DNA of 64,000 nt from contig MCFE01000135.1 in NCBI GenBank assembly GCA_002104905.1, positions 1 through 64,000 on the forward strand. Reading direction: 5' to 3'. Positions 62,110 to 64,000 of the stretch are shown here, in pieces. How positions within the stretch are numbered: the stretch's first letter is position 1; each line of letters starts with the position of its first letter. Below the pieces are notes generated by a model. That model was not told the DNA's origin and ran no database searches. It saw only the letters and a program-made list of their open reading frames with translations. This DNA is from Basidiobolus meristosporus CBS 931.73 (lineage: Eukaryota > Fungi > Basidiobolomycota). The translations under genes and the position numbers were made by a program.

Positions 62110-64000
62110 TCTCTTCTGGACAAAGACTGTCAGGAAATAGCTGCACCATAAATATCATTGAAAACTTGGCCAAAATTTCTCATCACCACAATACAAAGTG
62201 GCTTCTGATTGGTTTTCTGCCAATTTCTCTACTGTCTGATCCTAGTTACTATATCACCTTCTGCATTTGTCTGCATTGGCTGGCTGTTGCCTTTTTTTAT
62301 AGTAATTATTTCCTGACCCCACTGTTTCTCTTACTTTCATGCATACAAACTGATTTATTTCTATTGAAACTTCAGTTGGACCTTAATTGCCAATTGTATT
62401 TGCCTCTGCAGTTCCCTATACTATAGACTAATATTATGCTCAACCCCACACTCTATAAGCAATTCCATTAAAATCTACAACTCAATGAGTATTTTTGCTG
62501 CAATGCTCTGTTTGTATGACTTTGGCAGGAACCCTATTGCTATAGTGTATAAGTGGCCTTTGATTGATTCTCTGTTAATTTGCTGACTTTATGATCCTGA
62601 ACACTCTATCACCTCCTATGTTTGTGTGCATTGGTTGGCTATTACCTTTTTTTATAGTCTTTATTTCCTGACTCAACCATTTCTCTCACTTTTCATGCAT
62701 ACAAATTGCTGTATTTCCATTGAAACTTCATTGTACCTCAATTGCTAATGATATTGACCTGTACAAGTCTCTATACCCTACACTAACATTAATCTTAACC
62801 CCACACTCAACTATTAACTCCATTAAAATCCACCGCTCAATAACAATGTCTGCTGTAATGCTCTGGTTCCATAACTATCGCAGGTACCTTATGGCTTTAT
62901 ACCACTGTTCATTCACTGATTCCCATACAACCTGGTCTTTAGCTGGCACTGCAAGCTCTACTTCCTCATCTATTATTCTTTGCAATAACTCCCTGCAATA
63001 TTTAAGTGTGTTATCTTGAGCACTGCTCTTGAAAAAGAGCTGCAACCTCTTGGTATGCCTATTAATGTTCCAAAACTCCAATGAAGGCATTGTGATAACC
63101 ATTTGAGTTCTTGACATTGTTACCTTGTCTGTCAGTGGAGTTACTACTCTGTCAACAATGGAGGATGTGGAGGCTGTGGTAAATAAATAGCTTTTCTATG
63201 CAAGCTTTTCTACCTCACTAAAGTGTAGCTCAACTAGCTGTGCTTCTGGCCCTTGTGTCAACAACTGTTTTCTTGTTAGTGATTCTTCTTGACTGTGGTA
63301 GGATTCAGTTTGTTCTGGGATTACAGCACTAATTGGCAAGAACTACAGGTTTTTCTCATGCCTCCCAGTCTCTGGCTTAGGTAGACTTCTTCTCCTTTGC
63401 CTTTTCCTTTATTACTGCCAGGTTTTTCACTGCTACTCTGTCTGAGTGCCTCTTGTTTTGAACCATGCTTTCTCCTTGGTAAATCCTGTTCTGATGCATC
63501 TGCCTTGGCCTGCTTATCCCTCTCTGGCACTCTCCAGGTAACCTGATGCTTCTTTCCTGCTAGTTTTGAGCTCTCAGCTCTTGCTGTGACAGGCTCCTGA
63601 GGTAACTGCATATTTTTATCACCACCAGGTCCTTCACTGCTACTTTGACCGAGTGTTTCCTGAGTAGTACTATGCTTTTTCCTTTGTAAGTCTTGTGCTG
63701 GTGCATCTTTGCCTGGTCAAATCCAAATATTCAATGAGATAACATCTGGAGAAAAAATTCCAAGCAAATTTATGGAGTCAAGTGAGCACAGTAATCTGTC
63801 AACTGTTGAATGATGTGATGTTGTGACTAGAGAAGTGGTGTGCTTCCTATAATACCAGTAATGGGGGCTTTGAGGATTAATTTTTACTTCCTGCCAAATC
63901 AACCCAGGATGCAAGTTACCATATATGTGGTATAAATGGAAAACTGTCATGAGGTTGGAACATATAACCCTGTAACCATTATAATACCAGCCTGTGTTAA
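62110..64000. mobile_element. CMC/CACTA-like copy 3 (same orientation as copy 2), left end truncated, running off the window
   Basis: Collinear with 43500-45300 and 46900-46990. It contains a local duplication (about 62150-62560 and 62600-62890). ORF2 remnants are 62875-63117 and 63321-63611. Confidence 0.75.

Noticed and set aside
61160-62110. Possible further transposase remnant
   Set aside because: Only 61400-61490 resembles the Harbinger-type left end (32860-32960). The rest gave no convincing motif.
18000-64000. Many 60-170 aa ORFs in the track, and a CRISPR-like or host-gene interpretation of the repeats
   Set aside because: They are fragments or antisense frames of decayed transposons. 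There is no short repeat-spacer array and no spliced host gene was found in this block.

Overview
Eukaryotic, almost certainly fungal, DNA. It has short GT-AG introns with CTAAC-like branch points and clear ARG7, RVS161 and Whi3/Scw1-type genes. A non-Dikarya lineage such as Zoopagomycota is my inference only. The window has three zones. (1) 0.5-9.6 kb is an accessory-looking island. It holds a PsiK/methylthioribose-kinase-like phosphotransferase, an intronless secreted bacterial-type CHAP hydrolase with a decayed duplicate, an orphan secreted Cys protein, a pseudokinase fused to about 22 ankyrin repeats with a decayed upstream region, and tRNA-Thr(CGT). (2) 10.3-17.5 kb holds four conserved housekeeping-type genes. 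(3) 17.8-64 kb is a nested transposon block that is almost free of CpG. Boundaries and target-site duplications (TSDs) could be read by eye for a CMC/CACTA-like DNA transposon family, Ty3/gypsy and Ty1/copia elements, several solo LTRs, a PIF/Harbinger-superfamily element with ANT TSDs, and three 640-730 bp foldback MITEs sharing its termini. The best candidates for novelty are the island (CHAP plus pseudokinase-ANK), the ANT-TSD transposon with its foldback MITEs, and a TpCpG-biased loss of CpG confined to repeats. All counts and alignments were done by eye; no database searches were run.
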